Of a stretch of DNA of 64,000 nucleotides, positions 53,201-60,119 are shown piece by piece. The notes beneath the pieces are model-generated. The model saw only the letters and a list, made by a program, of their open reading frames with translations, made no database searches and was not told the DNA's origin. Source of the stretch: Callorhinchus milii. Its lineage: Eukaryota. A program made the translations under genes and the position numbers. The DNA is taken from the NCBI RefSeq assembly GCF_018977255.1, contig NW_024704742.1:103728001-103792000 (forward strand), written 5' to 3'. Numbering within the stretch: the first letter of the stretch is position 1; each line of letters begins with the position of its first letter.

Positions 53201-55979
53201 GGCAAGTATGTCCTTTTTTAAATAAGGAGACCAAAACTGCACACAATACTCTAGGTGCGGTCTCACCAAGGCCCTATACAGTTGCAGCAAGACTTCCCTA
53301 CTCTTGTACTCTAAACCTTTTGCAATGAACGCTAACATGCCGTTCGCCTTCTTAGTTGCTTGCTGCACCTGCAAACTAACTTTTTGAGACTGGTGTACAA
53401 GGACACCCAAATCCCTCTGCACACTAACACTATCTAATCTCTCCCCCTCTAGAAAATAATCTATTTTTCTATTTTTTCTACCAAGGAGAATAACTTCACA
53501 CTTCCCCACATTAAATTCCATCTGCCACCTACTCGCCTACTCCCCTATCTATATGCCATTGCAATCTTTTTGCATCATCCTCAGAGCTTACTCTCCCACC
53601 TAGTTTAGTGTCATCTGCAAATTTAGATACATTACATTCAATGTCCTCGTCCAGATCATTGATGTAAATTGTAAATAGCTGAGGCCCAAGCACTGATCCT
53701 TGTGGCACTCCACTAGTCACATCCTGCCAATTCGAGAATGACCCGTTTATCCCTACTCTCTGTTTTCTACCCGTTAGCCACTCTTCAATCCACGCTAATA
53801 TGTTCCCATTAATCCCGTGGGCCTTAACCTTGTGAAACAACCTTTTGTGTGGCACTTTGTCAAATGCCTTTTTAAAATCAAATCTAAATATACTACATCT
53901 AGTGGTTACCCCTATCTAACCTGCTAGACACATCTTCAAAAAACCCTAAAAAATTAGTTAAGCATGACTTCCCTTTTGTAAAGCCATGTTGACTCTGCCT
54001 AATCTTGTTATGGTCTTCCAGAAATCCCATAACAACATCTTTAATTAAGCACTCAAGAATTTTCCCTACCACTGATGTCAGACTAACTGGTCTATAGTTC
54101 CCCATCTTTTCTCTCCCACCCTTCTGAAATAGTGGTATCACGTTTGCAATCTTCCAATCAATGCGAACCGTTCCGGAATCCAGAGAATTTTGGAAGATCA
54201 AAGACAAGCCATCCACCTCTTTTAAAACCCTAGGATATAGGCCATCAGATCCAGAAGATTTATCAGTTTTAAGACCTGACAGTTTACCTAAAACCATTTC
54301 TTTACTAATATTAATTCCCCCAAGTTGCTCGCTAACATTGTCTTCTTGGTTCCCCTCTATTCTTGGTAGGTTTTCAGTGTCTTCTAAGGTGAAGACAGTA
54401 GCAAACAACAACAACAACAACAACAAGATTCCATTTATTGAGCGCCTTTCACGTCGGGAGGACGTCCCAAGGCGCTATACAGTTGGGTCAGGACCCGAGC
54501 AGTGGAGAAATGGTCAGGGGGAGGGAAGGGAGGGAGCGAGAGGGGAGCTGAAGGCACGGTCAAAGAGAAAGGTCTTGAGACCAGCCTTGAAGGAGGAAAG
54601 GGAGGAGGCAAGGCGCAAAGTACTTGTTTAATGACTCTGCCATGACTTTGTCCCCTACTATAATTCCCCCCGTCTTTGCCTGTAGCGGACCCACATTTAC
54701 CTTTAACAGCCTCTTCCTCTTTATATATTTATAAAAACTCTTGCAGTCTGTCTTTATGTTCTTCGCTAGTTTGCCCTCATATTCCATTTTCTCCCTCTTA
54801 ATCACTTTTTTGGTTCTCCTTTGTTGATCCCTAAAGTTCTCCCAATCCTCGGGTTTACTACTCATCTTAGCTGTTTTATAGGCTTCTTCCTTTAACTTTA
54901 TACTTTCCCTAACTGCTCTAGTTAGCCACGGTTGGGCCACCTTCCCGTGGCATTCTTATTCCTCAAAGGAATATGTGCTCGCTGGGAATTTTCCACTATC
55001 TCCTTAAACGTCTGCCATTGCTGGTCTACCGTCAGATCCTTAAGTCTAATTTCCCAGTTTATTTTGGCTAAATCCTCTTTCATACCAGCAAAATTGGCTC
55101 TACTTAAATTTAAAACCTTTGCTTCGGATTTAACTACTTCTCCCTCTAACGTAATGCTAAATTCCATCATATTATGATCACTTTGCCCTAGAGGAGCCTT
55201 AATTTCCAGTTTGCTGATCAACCTTGCTTCATTGCACAAAACAAGGTCTAATATGGCCTGTTCTCTGGTTGGCTCCTCGGGATACTGATCAGGATAATTA
55301 TCCCTAATACATTCTATAAACTCTTCCTCTATCATACTTTTCCCAATTTGGTTGCCAATCTATGTGCAGATTAAAATCACCCACAATTAATGTTTTTCCT
55401 TGACTACATGCTCTGCTAATTTCCTGATTTATACCTTGAGATACTGTGACTGCTGTTCGGGAGTCTATAAACTACTCCCACTAGAGTTTTCTGCCCCTTG
55501 TTATTACGTAACTCTACCCATACTGACTCCACTTCCTGCTTTTCTGATTTAAAATCTTTCCTCTCTATTGTTTTTATCCCATCCTTTATTAGCAGGGCCT
55601 TATATTCATCCCATTTAGCTATGAATTTAAATCAATCCTAGGAGGATAAATTGTTTGAACAGTAACAAAAAAATAAAAGCTGAACTTTATCGAAACAGTA
55701 TTAGGAGATTCATTGTTGTTGAAACAATTTCACTTGAATAATGCAGAGCAAAACAGAACTGGTAAAAACAATTCACATCAGTAGTGAATAAACATACTTT
55801 ATAAAATTATTTAATTTACCTTTCTGATCACCATAACGAAATCTCTCAAGGGCAATATTAACAGCAATTTTTACTTCTTCATCAATCCGGATATCTTTAA
55901 ATCCTTTAGGTTTGGAGGCAGCAGCCTGACTTGACTGGGCGCTGCCAGGCCGTGGGGACGCACTGGTAGATCTTGACAT
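17229..55979 (-). CDS. YTHDC2: YTH domain-containing protein 2 (3'-5' DExH RNA helicase, m6A reader); whole spliced CDS span, 30 coding exons, about 1427 aa
   Basis: Exons are colinear with vertebrate YTHDC2: R3H ([16 protein letters not shown]...[14 protein letters not shown]), Walker [15 protein letters not shown] box, ankyrin insert, [20 protein letters not shown]2/OB region and YTH ([19 protein letters not shown]). All introns are GT-AG with consistent phases, except a 1-nt shortfall in exon 24. Confidence 0.97.
17310..17850 (+). mobile_element. CR1 3' fragment in the last YTHDC2 intron
   Basis: [13 protein letters not shown] and R(V)VEIWNSL remnants; CR1-type 3' UTR. Confidence 0.8.
18094..18198 (-). 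CDS. YTHDC2: YTHDC2 coding exon 29
   Basis: [40 protein letters not shown] acceptor, GAG|GTAAGC donor. Confidence 0.88.
18680..18862 (-). CDS. YTHDC2: YTHDC2 coding exon 28 (YTH domain)
   Basis: [30 protein letters not shown]...[21 protein letters not shown] / GTGGGG. Confidence 0.94.
19323..19526 (-). CDS. YTHDC2: YTHDC2 coding exon 27 (YTH domain)
   Basis: [42 protein letters not shown]...[13 protein letters not shown] / GTAAAC. Confidence 0.94.
19620..19860 (-). mobile_element. Old CR1 3' fragment
   Basis: SRTRGHRL...[14 protein letters not shown]. Confidence 0.75.
20038..20200 (-). CDS. YTHDC2: YTHDC2 coding exon 26
   Basis: [21 protein letters not shown]...[20 protein letters not shown] / GTAAAC. 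Confidence 0.9.
20965..21900. repeat. Unclassified dispersed repeat, interrupted by a SINE
   Basis: Homologous to 22285-22390, 26800-26980, 38630-39320 and 56745-57000 (reverse). Confidence 0.7.
21499..21855 (+). mobile_element. tRNA-derived SINE with extra central segment
   Basis: GGTTAGAGCACTCGC head, B-box-like GGTTTGATTCC, (TTA)n tail. Confidence 0.85.
22055..22230 (-). mobile_element. SINE internal fragment
   Basis: Reverse complement of 21586-21755. Confidence 0.75.
22698..22996 (-). CDS. YTHDC2: YTHDC2 coding exon 25
   Basis: [27 protein letters not shown]...GIGQRPRP...[13 protein letters not shown] / GTAGAG. Confidence 0.92.
23876..23984 (-). CDS. YTHDC2: YTHDC2 coding exon 24 (apparent 1-nt deletion frameshift at about 23905)
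   Basis: [25 protein letters not shown] then, in a shifted frame, [15 protein letters not shown] / GTACAT; 109 nt where the flanking phases require 110. Confidence 0.88.
24318..24533 (-). mobile_element. Deu-domain-like SINE fragment
   Basis: Homologous to 8672-8890. Confidence 0.7.
24779..24971 (-). CDS. YTHDC2: YTHDC2 coding exon 23 (OB-fold region)
   Basis: [41 protein letters not shown]...QEPSSR; GTCAG / GTAACA. Confidence 0.93.
25261..25466 (-). CDS. YTHDC2: YTHDC2 coding exon 22
   Basis: [34 protein letters not shown]...[21 protein letters not shown] / GTATGC. Confidence 0.93.
26370..26775 (+). mobile_element. CR1 RT fragment
   Basis: KFADDTNL...RLQEDI...[16 protein letters not shown]. 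Confidence 0.8.
27533..27659 (-). CDS. YTHDC2: YTHDC2 coding exon 21
   Basis: [47 protein letters not shown] / GTAGGC. Confidence 0.93.
28348..28620 (-). CDS. YTHDC2: YTHDC2 coding exon 20 (HA2)
   Basis: [30 protein letters not shown]...[16 protein letters not shown] / GTCAGT. Confidence 0.94.
28703..28822 (-). CDS. YTHDC2: YTHDC2 coding exon 19
   Basis: [45 protein letters not shown] / GTAGGA. Confidence 0.93.
29298..29403 (-). CDS. YTHDC2: YTHDC2 coding exon 18
   Basis: [40 protein letters not shown] / GTGCAG. Confidence 0.93.
30493..30575 (-). CDS. YTHDC2: YTHDC2 coding exon 17 (motif VI start)
   Basis: [32 protein letters not shown] / GTAAAG. Confidence 0.93.
30655..30818 (+). mobile_element. 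5'-truncated SINE abutting the exon 16 donor
   Basis: SINE 3' half with ATTATTA tail. Confidence 0.8.
30828..30908 (-). CDS. YTHDC2: YTHDC2 coding exon 16 (motif V)
   Basis: [32 protein letters not shown] / GTAACG. Confidence 0.94.
30991..31078 (-). CDS. YTHDC2: YTHDC2 coding exon 15
   Basis: [34 protein letters not shown] / GTAAGT. Confidence 0.93.
31481..31789 (-). mobile_element. Young tRNA-derived SINE
   Basis: Full head with CTCGC-CTTGCAA-GCGAG anticodon arm (TGC, Ala-like) and tail. Confidence 0.9.
32019..32115 (-). CDS. YTHDC2: YTHDC2 coding exon 14
   Basis: [36 protein letters not shown] / GTAAGT. Confidence 0.93.
33302..33480 (-). CDS. YTHDC2: YTHDC2 coding exon 13
   Basis: [15 protein letters not shown]...[25 protein letters not shown] acceptor, GTAAAT donor. 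Confidence 0.9.
34079..34144 (-). CDS. YTHDC2: YTHDC2 coding exon 12 (ankyrin repeat)
   Basis: [26 protein letters not shown] / GTAAGT. Confidence 0.9.
34430..34678 (+). mobile_element. L2 3' fragment with internal deletion
   Basis: [21 protein letters not shown] tail. Confidence 0.8.
34930..35056 (-). CDS. YTHDC2: YTHDC2 coding exon 11 (ankyrin repeat)
   Basis: [46 protein letters not shown] / GTAAGA. Confidence 0.93.
35272..35407 (-). CDS. YTHDC2: YTHDC2 coding exon 10
   Basis: [50 protein letters not shown] / GTGAGT. Confidence 0.92.
35577..36020 (-). mobile_element. L2 3' fragment
   Basis: [11 protein letters not shown]...TLWNSIP...[13 protein letters not shown]-repeat tail on the plus strand. 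Confidence 0.8.
37271..37416 (-). CDS. YTHDC2: YTHDC2 coding exon 9
   Basis: [12 protein letters not shown]...[19 protein letters not shown] / GTAATT. Confidence 0.9.
37858..38262 (-). mobile_element. Deu-domain-like SINE
   Basis: Homologous to 8672-9046 plus SINE tail. Confidence 0.7.
38383..38490 (-). CDS. YTHDC2: YTHDC2 coding exon 8
   Basis: [35 protein letters not shown]; poly-T then AAG acceptor, GTGAGT donor. Confidence 0.92.
38911..39271. repeat. 178-bp tandem duplication (two copies)
   Basis: Units start at 38911 and 39089; one mismatch seen; TACAA at both junctions. Confidence 0.92.
39554..39710 (-). CDS. YTHDC2: YTHDC2 coding exon 7 (DEVH box)
   Basis: [46 protein letters not shown] / GTAAGT. 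Confidence 0.93.
40287..41281 (+). mobile_element. L2 3' fragment, about 1 kb
   Basis: [17 protein letters not shown]...LGVLFDPE, 3' stem-loop and (TTG)n. Confidence 0.9.
41570..41870 (-). mobile_element. CR1 3' fragment
   Basis: CR1-type 3' UTR (GGCCATTCGGCC) and [15 protein letters not shown] remnant. Confidence 0.7.
42970..43110 (+). mobile_element. 5'-truncated SINE
   Basis: SINE 3' part with (TTA)n. Confidence 0.8.
43193..43295 (-). CDS. YTHDC2: YTHDC2 coding exon 6
   Basis: [39 protein letters not shown] / GTAAGT. Confidence 0.93.
43373..43539 (-). CDS. YTHDC2: YTHDC2 coding exon 5
   Basis: [60 protein letters not shown] / GTATAA. Confidence 0.93.
45305..45392. repeat. (CCCT)n polypyrimidine tract upstream of the VPS4-like gene
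   Basis: Direct sequence. Confidence 0.85.
45465..46620 (+). promoter_or_regulatory. CpG island over the promoter and 5' half of the VPS4-like gene
   Basis: Dense CpG and high GC in an otherwise AT-rich intron, starting about 300 bp upstream of the ATG. Confidence 0.7.
45601..45627. repeat. (TGAG)n microsatellite
   Basis: Six to seven units, direct sequence. Confidence 0.9.
45777..47102 (+). CDS. VPS4A: Intronless VPS4A-like AAA-ATPase (ESCRT-III disassembly), 441 aa, probable retrogene nested antisense in a YTHDC2 intron
   Basis: Uninterrupted ORF from ATG 45777. MIT domain ([16 protein letters not shown]...[16 protein letters not shown]), Walker A GPSGTGKS, pore loop [13 protein letters not shown], Walker [20 protein letters not shown], beta-domain LTPCSPGDP and C-terminal [13 protein letters not shown] and [14 protein letters not shown] favour VPS4A over VPS4B. 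Confidence 0.93.
   Translation: MSEANTLQKAIEIVTKATEEDYAQHYEEALRLYLHAVEYFLHVIKYEAPGGKAKDSIRVKCQQYMDRAEQLKGYLKRRAGPGRAAGREGPQADGGSHSDGHSDNEENSEKKKLLQQLADVILVEKPDVRWADVAGLESAKEALKEAAILPVKFPHLFTGKRTPWRGILLFGPSGTGKSYLAKAVATEANNSTFFSVSSSDLVSKWLGESEKLVKNLFALARQHKPSIIFIDEVDSLCGSRSERESESARRIKTEFLVQMQGVGNSNDGILVLGATNIPWVLDSAIRRRFEKRIYIALPEELARIQMFKLNMGSTAHTLTHPDFQELGRKSAGYSGADITIIVREALMEPVRKVQTATHFKQVSGPSRTNPHDTVHDLLTPCSPGDPNAMEMTWMEVPSDKLIEPPVKMSDMLSSLSTTRPTVNEEDLKKLKKFTKEFGQEG
47236..47292 (+). terminator. Candidate polyadenylation signals of the VPS4-like gene
   Basis: AATAAA at 47236 and 47287, 134-185 nt after the stop; more occur near 47437, 47760 and 47783. Confidence 0.45.
47814..48313. mobile_element. 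Probable Tigger/pogo-like non-autonomous DNA transposon (MITE)
   Basis: Imperfect terminal inverted repeats TA|CAGTGGAATCCACTT ... AAGCAGATTCCACTA; no transposase. Confidence 0.55.
48775..48977 (-). CDS. YTHDC2: YTHDC2 coding exon 4 (Walker A)
   Basis: [18 protein letters not shown]...[20 protein letters not shown] / GTTTGA. Confidence 0.93.
49740..49936 (-). CDS. YTHDC2: YTHDC2 coding exon 3
   Basis: [19 protein letters not shown]...[26 protein letters not shown] / GTAGGC. Confidence 0.92.
50011..50388 (+). mobile_element. Deu-domain-like SINE
   Basis: tRNA head, CAGGTGGACATTAAAGATCC core, ATT tail. Confidence 0.7.
50732..50822 (-). CDS. YTHDC2: YTHDC2 coding exon 2 (R3H)
   Basis: [35 protein letters not shown] acceptor, GTGAGT donor. 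Confidence 0.93.
51838..52345 (+). mobile_element. L2 3' fragment
   Basis: Close to the 3' half of 40287-41281; (TTG)n tail. Confidence 0.88.
52711..55600 (-). mobile_element. CR1-clade LINE, 5'-truncated, about 2.7 kb, frameshifted and interrupted by an L2
   Basis: APE end (EPTR..AILDLVL, SDHN), [50 protein letters not shown]; tandem TTCTTATG tail at 52711. Confidence 0.92.
54406..54614 (-). mobile_element. Young L2 3' end inserted into the CR1
   Basis: (CAA)n tail on the plus strand; 5-bp TSD GCAAA at 54401-54405 and 54615-54619. Confidence 0.9.
55820..55979 (-). CDS. YTHDC2: YTHDC2 coding exon 1
   Basis: [10 protein letters not shown]...[26 protein letters not shown]; donor AG|GTAAAT; acceptor TTTCTTAG 7 nt upstream of the ATG. 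Confidence 0.93.
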
Positions 55980-56202
55980 ATTGGATCTAAGAAATCAATA
56001 TGTTGGGTTTTGCAGGTGTAAAACTTATTACCAATCAATTCTACCACATTCTGTTTCAACCACAAACCACTCATATACCCCTCCCCCTTTCATATGATCG
56101 GTTGCCGAGCCTTAAGCTATTCCAGGGCACTGCTGATGACAGTACAGCCAGACTAGCTGTGATAGTGGAGACTCGCAAAGACTGGTGGGATGGGGATACA
56201 GA

Positions 56203-56635
56203 CAACAACAACAACAACAAGACTTCATTTATAGAGCGCCTTTCACGTCGGGAGGACGTCCCAAGGCGCTGGACAGTTGGGTCAGGACCCGAGCAGGGGG
56301 GAAATGGTCAGGGTGAGGGGAGGGAAGGGAGGGAGCGAGGAGGGGGAAGAGAGTCGAGAGGGGAGCTGAAGGCACGGTCAAAGAGAAAGGTCTTGAGACC
56401 GGCCTTGAAGGAGGAAAGGGAGGAGGCGGCGAAGGCACTGGGGGATGGAGTTCCAGAGCCTCGGGGCTGAGAGGCTGAAGGCCCGACCACCGATGGTAGG
56501 GCGGTTGGGGCGGGGGATGTGGAGCAGACCGGAGCCAGAGGAACGGAGGGTACGGGCAGGTAAGTAGGGGGATAGTAGGTCAGAGAGGTAGGAGGGAGCA
56601 AGGCCGTGAATGGCCTTGTAGGTGAGGATGAGGAT
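56203..56635 (-). mobile_element. Young L2 3' fragment, about 430 bp
   Basis: Near-identical to 7255-7687; flanked by CAGA within an older L2 remnant. Confidence 0.9.
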
Positions 56636-57383
56636 TAGAGAGGGTGAGGATCAGAGTTCAGAGAGGGCGAGTGTACAGGTGGCAGAGTTTTGAATAGTTG
56701 GATATAGTGGAGTTGGGGAAACCGGTGAGGGCATTGATGTTTTAGCTGGTTAAACAGCAGTATCCCAACACACCCTCTGGGGTCCGCAAGCCTTGGCTCT
56801 TGCCAACCTGCACCTAATACTTTCTGGAATTAGGAAAGCAGGAGGCGTCCCTCCAGGGAGAGAGTGCACATTCTATTCCAATAAACTATGTCTGGGATTT
56901 CCATGTGAAGGTGGGATGCATAGAATTCTCAGCTTGGTTTGGATACTCAAGCATGATGATGGGTTTCTGCATGTGTCAGATACCTGGCTGACTTCTCCCC
57001 AAAAACCCTGCCTTAAAACCTACCTCTAACTGCACTTAAAGTACCCTTCCATTTTATAGTGACAAGGCCAGAAGTCAAACATGCCAAGACATTATCTTTG
57101 TTATTGGTCAGCAGTGGAACGAGGGAGTGCAGGAGAGCAGGATGATGGAAAGGGATTTGGAGGGTGATTGAGAACGGGGGAAGTGGAGGGTGAGAAGAGA
57201 GCTGAGAACACAAGGAGAATGAGAAAGCTGGGGGACTAGGGATAGTGAGAGTGGGGGAAGCAGGGGTAAGAAAGCAGGAGACTCAGTGAGGACAGCAGAT
57301 GAGGGGTTGCAGGGAGGATCGGAGTGGGGGTGTTCGAGAAGAGGACAAGGGGCACAAGGAAAGGGAAAGGTGGGAAATATAAT

Positions 57384-57710
57384 GGGGAGTATTGTAGCTC
57401 AGTGTAGCTCAGTGCTAAGAGCACTTGCGTCACAAGCAAGACACTTGGGTTTGAATCCCGGCAGGGCGAAACCTTGGGCAAGTTTCCTTACTCCACGTGC
57501 CTGATAATAATCCCTCAAGAAAAAAAATGAATAATAATAATTTGGTCACTCAATCCACGACTGTTTGTGGGACACTGCTGTGCGCAATTGGCTGCCGCGT
57601 TTCGCCCACAAATATACGGTCAATTCACTTTACAGTCTATTCTGTGAAGTGCTTTGCGATGTCTCGAAGACGTAAAATGCGCTATATCAAATGTAAGTAT
57701 TATTATTTAT
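57384..57710 (+). mobile_element. tRNA-derived SINE
   Basis: Head with duplicated A box (GTAGCTCAGT twice), tail. Confidence 0.85.
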
Positions 57711-58152
57711 TGATTAGCATAGGGGAAGAGGACACATAAAATCCTTGCGTAGGATAGTGCAGCTTATGACTCTTCAAGACACATTCGACAGGAATTTACT
57801 GTGAAGTGTAGTGACTGTGTATTGTGGGTGAAGCGGGAAGAAAACTTTGGTGCATGTAGGAAGTTTTGCAAAAGCCAGAATAATTCGAAGCCGAGCGAGC
57901 GGTCTGCATTGCAAACAAGGAATAATAATAATAGTAATCCAAACGATGTCACGTCGTTCAGACGTCTGAAAAGCACCTCAGAGTATATTGTAGATGCTAT
58001 GCCGCCTGACCTGCCGAGTGTGTGCCCAGTGATCGCTGTCTTTATTTCAGATTTCCACCACCTGCAGCATTTTGCGTATTATATGGAAAGGTGAATTGAC
58101 TGTGTAATTTGTGGGCAAAAGATGACTGTAAAGGGTGGGGGGGGGTTGACAG

Positions 58153-58365
58153 TAATAATAATAATAATCCTTGCATTTGATATAGCGCTTTTCACGTCGG
58201 GAGGACGTCCCAAAGCGCTTCACAGAACACACTGTAAAGTGAATTGACTGTATATTTGTGGGCGAACGCGGCAGCCAATTGTGCACAGCAATGTCCCACA
58301 AACAGTCGTAGATTGAAAATGACCAATTTATTATTGTTTTGGGTTTTGGAGGATTATTATTAGGC
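58153..58365 (-). mobile_element. Young SINE, 5'-truncated
   Basis: Near-identical to 7836-8046. Confidence 0.88.
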
Positions 58366-58499
58366 AGTGTATTTTATGGGCGAAAAGAAGGGCATAAAAG
58401 TCTGAATAGAGGTGGTTGTGGTTGTGGTGTTGGAGGGGGGGGAGGGAGGGGGGGGAGAGGTGACCTGAATCAGCTGCAAAACTGAAAGAATAAAGCGGT

Positions 58500-59230
58500 A
58501 ATAACGAGGGAGGAAACGGGGAAATGACATTGCGAGGGGAGGGCCGGTCCCGGGGCCGGTCCCGGGGGGGAGACCCCCCCCCACACACACACACACACCC
58601 CTCCCCTCTCCCCCGGTGTGTTCCCACGGCCTCCACTCGAAGACAATTTCAAATTAACGACCACCACAAGCCGCCGGGCCGAGCGAGCAGCCACGGCGCA
58701 GGCCACGGGGCGACGCTCCCTCCCTCCCTCTCTCCCTCTCTCCCAAACAAGTGCCACAGAACTTTTTCTTTCTTTAAGAAGCTCTGCCCCCTCTCTCCCT
58801 CCCTCCCCGCCCCCCCCGCCGCCGCCGCCGCCGCCGCCTCCTCCCCGGAGAAGCTACGAACCTCCGCGTCCTCCCCGCGGCTGCACGCTGCCACCCTGCC
58901 GTTAAGGAGCTGACAGCGGCTCCGCGTCTCCTCAGCGCAGCCCCCGGGTCTCGGCGTCGGGGATCACCGCCAACTGTCGGCGCTACGTGCCGCGCCGTGA
59001 CATCACCGCGCCGTGACATCACCGCGCACTCCCCCCACCACCCCGCAACGAAATCACGTGACTCGGAGCGCCCTGTTTCTAGCTCCTCCCCCTCCGCTCC
59101 CCCCCCCCCAACCCCGCGCGCGCGCGCGCGCGGTCGAGCGCGAGACCAGAAAGCTGAGGCGCGGCCGTTTGTTTCCACGTTGAAGGTGGGCGGAGCCAAC
59201 CGTCACCCGGGGGTTTGCGTGCAACGTCGG
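58500..59230. promoter_or_regulatory. CpG-island promoter of YTHDC2
   Basis: Very CpG-rich; (GCC)n tract; tandem GTGACATCAC motifs; TCACGTGAC E-box at 59054; GGGCGG box near 59188; about 2.5-3.2 kb upstream of the start codon. Confidence 0.8.
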
Positions 59231-59500
59231 CAGAGAGGGAGGGAGAGAGAGGGAGGAGGAGAGGAGAGGAAGATGGATAGAGAGGGAGGAGAGAGGGAGG
59301 GAGGAGAGGAGAGAGGGAGGGAGGAAGGGAGGGAGGAGAGAGAGAGAGGGAGGGAGGGAGGAGAGAGAGAGAGGGAGGGAGGGAGGGAGGGAAGATGGAT
59401 AGAGAGGGAGGAAGGAGAGAGAGAGAGGGAGGGAGGGAAGATGGATGGAGAGGGAGAGAGGGAATGGTCAAAAACCCAGAGGATAAAGAGAGAGGAGAAA
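59230..59500. repeat. GA-rich purine tract adjacent to the CpG island
   Basis: Imperfect GGGA/GAGA repeats with a recurring GAAGATGGAT unit. Confidence 0.85.
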
Positions 59501-59802
59501 GGTAATTGTGGAAGACACACACAGGGATTAATAATAGTCTTTGCATTTGACCTCAGAAGGACATCTCAAAGCCAATCGGAGATCACACACCTGTTACTCA
59601 GCAGTAGGTATTTGTTAGTGGATCGGAGATCGCTTTCCAGGGTAATAATCCCCCCAACACCCACAAAAAATTTTGGTCACTCAATCCATGACTTGTTTGT
59701 TGGACACTGTTGTGGGCAATTAGCTCCCAAGTTTCACCCACAAGTACACAGTCAATCCACTTTAATATATTCTGCGAAGCGCTTGGAGACATCTCAACAG
59801 AG

Positions 59803-60119
59803 ATAATAATAATAATCCTCGCATTTGATATAGCGCTTTTCACGTCGGGAGGACGTCCCAAAGCGCTTCACAGAACACACTGTAAAGTGAATTGACTGTA
59901 TATTTGTGGGCGAACGCGGCAGCCAATTGCGCACAGCAATGTCCCACAAACAGTCGTAGATTAAAAATGACCAATTTATTATTGTTTGGTTTTGGAGGGA
60001 TTATTATTAGGCTCTGTGTGGAGTAAGGAAACTTGCCCAAGGTTTCGCCCTCTGCCTGGAATTGAACTCAGGTCTCTCACTTGCAAAGCGAGTGCTCTAA
60101 CCCTGAACTACAGGACTCC
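59803..60119 (-). mobile_element. Young SINE inserted into the tail of an older, oppositely oriented SINE (about 59585-59802)
   Basis: Full head and tail; duplicated flanks of about 55-60 bp. Confidence 0.88.

Noticed and set aside
17229..55979. Intronic snoRNAs or U12-type introns in YTHDC2
   Set aside because: I saw no convincing C/D or H/ACA box pairs, and no donor matches GTATCCTT.
58524..59806. Several 100-270 aa ORFs over the CpG island and GA tract
   Set aside because: Low-complexity translations of GC-rich and purine-repeat DNA, with no recognisable domain.
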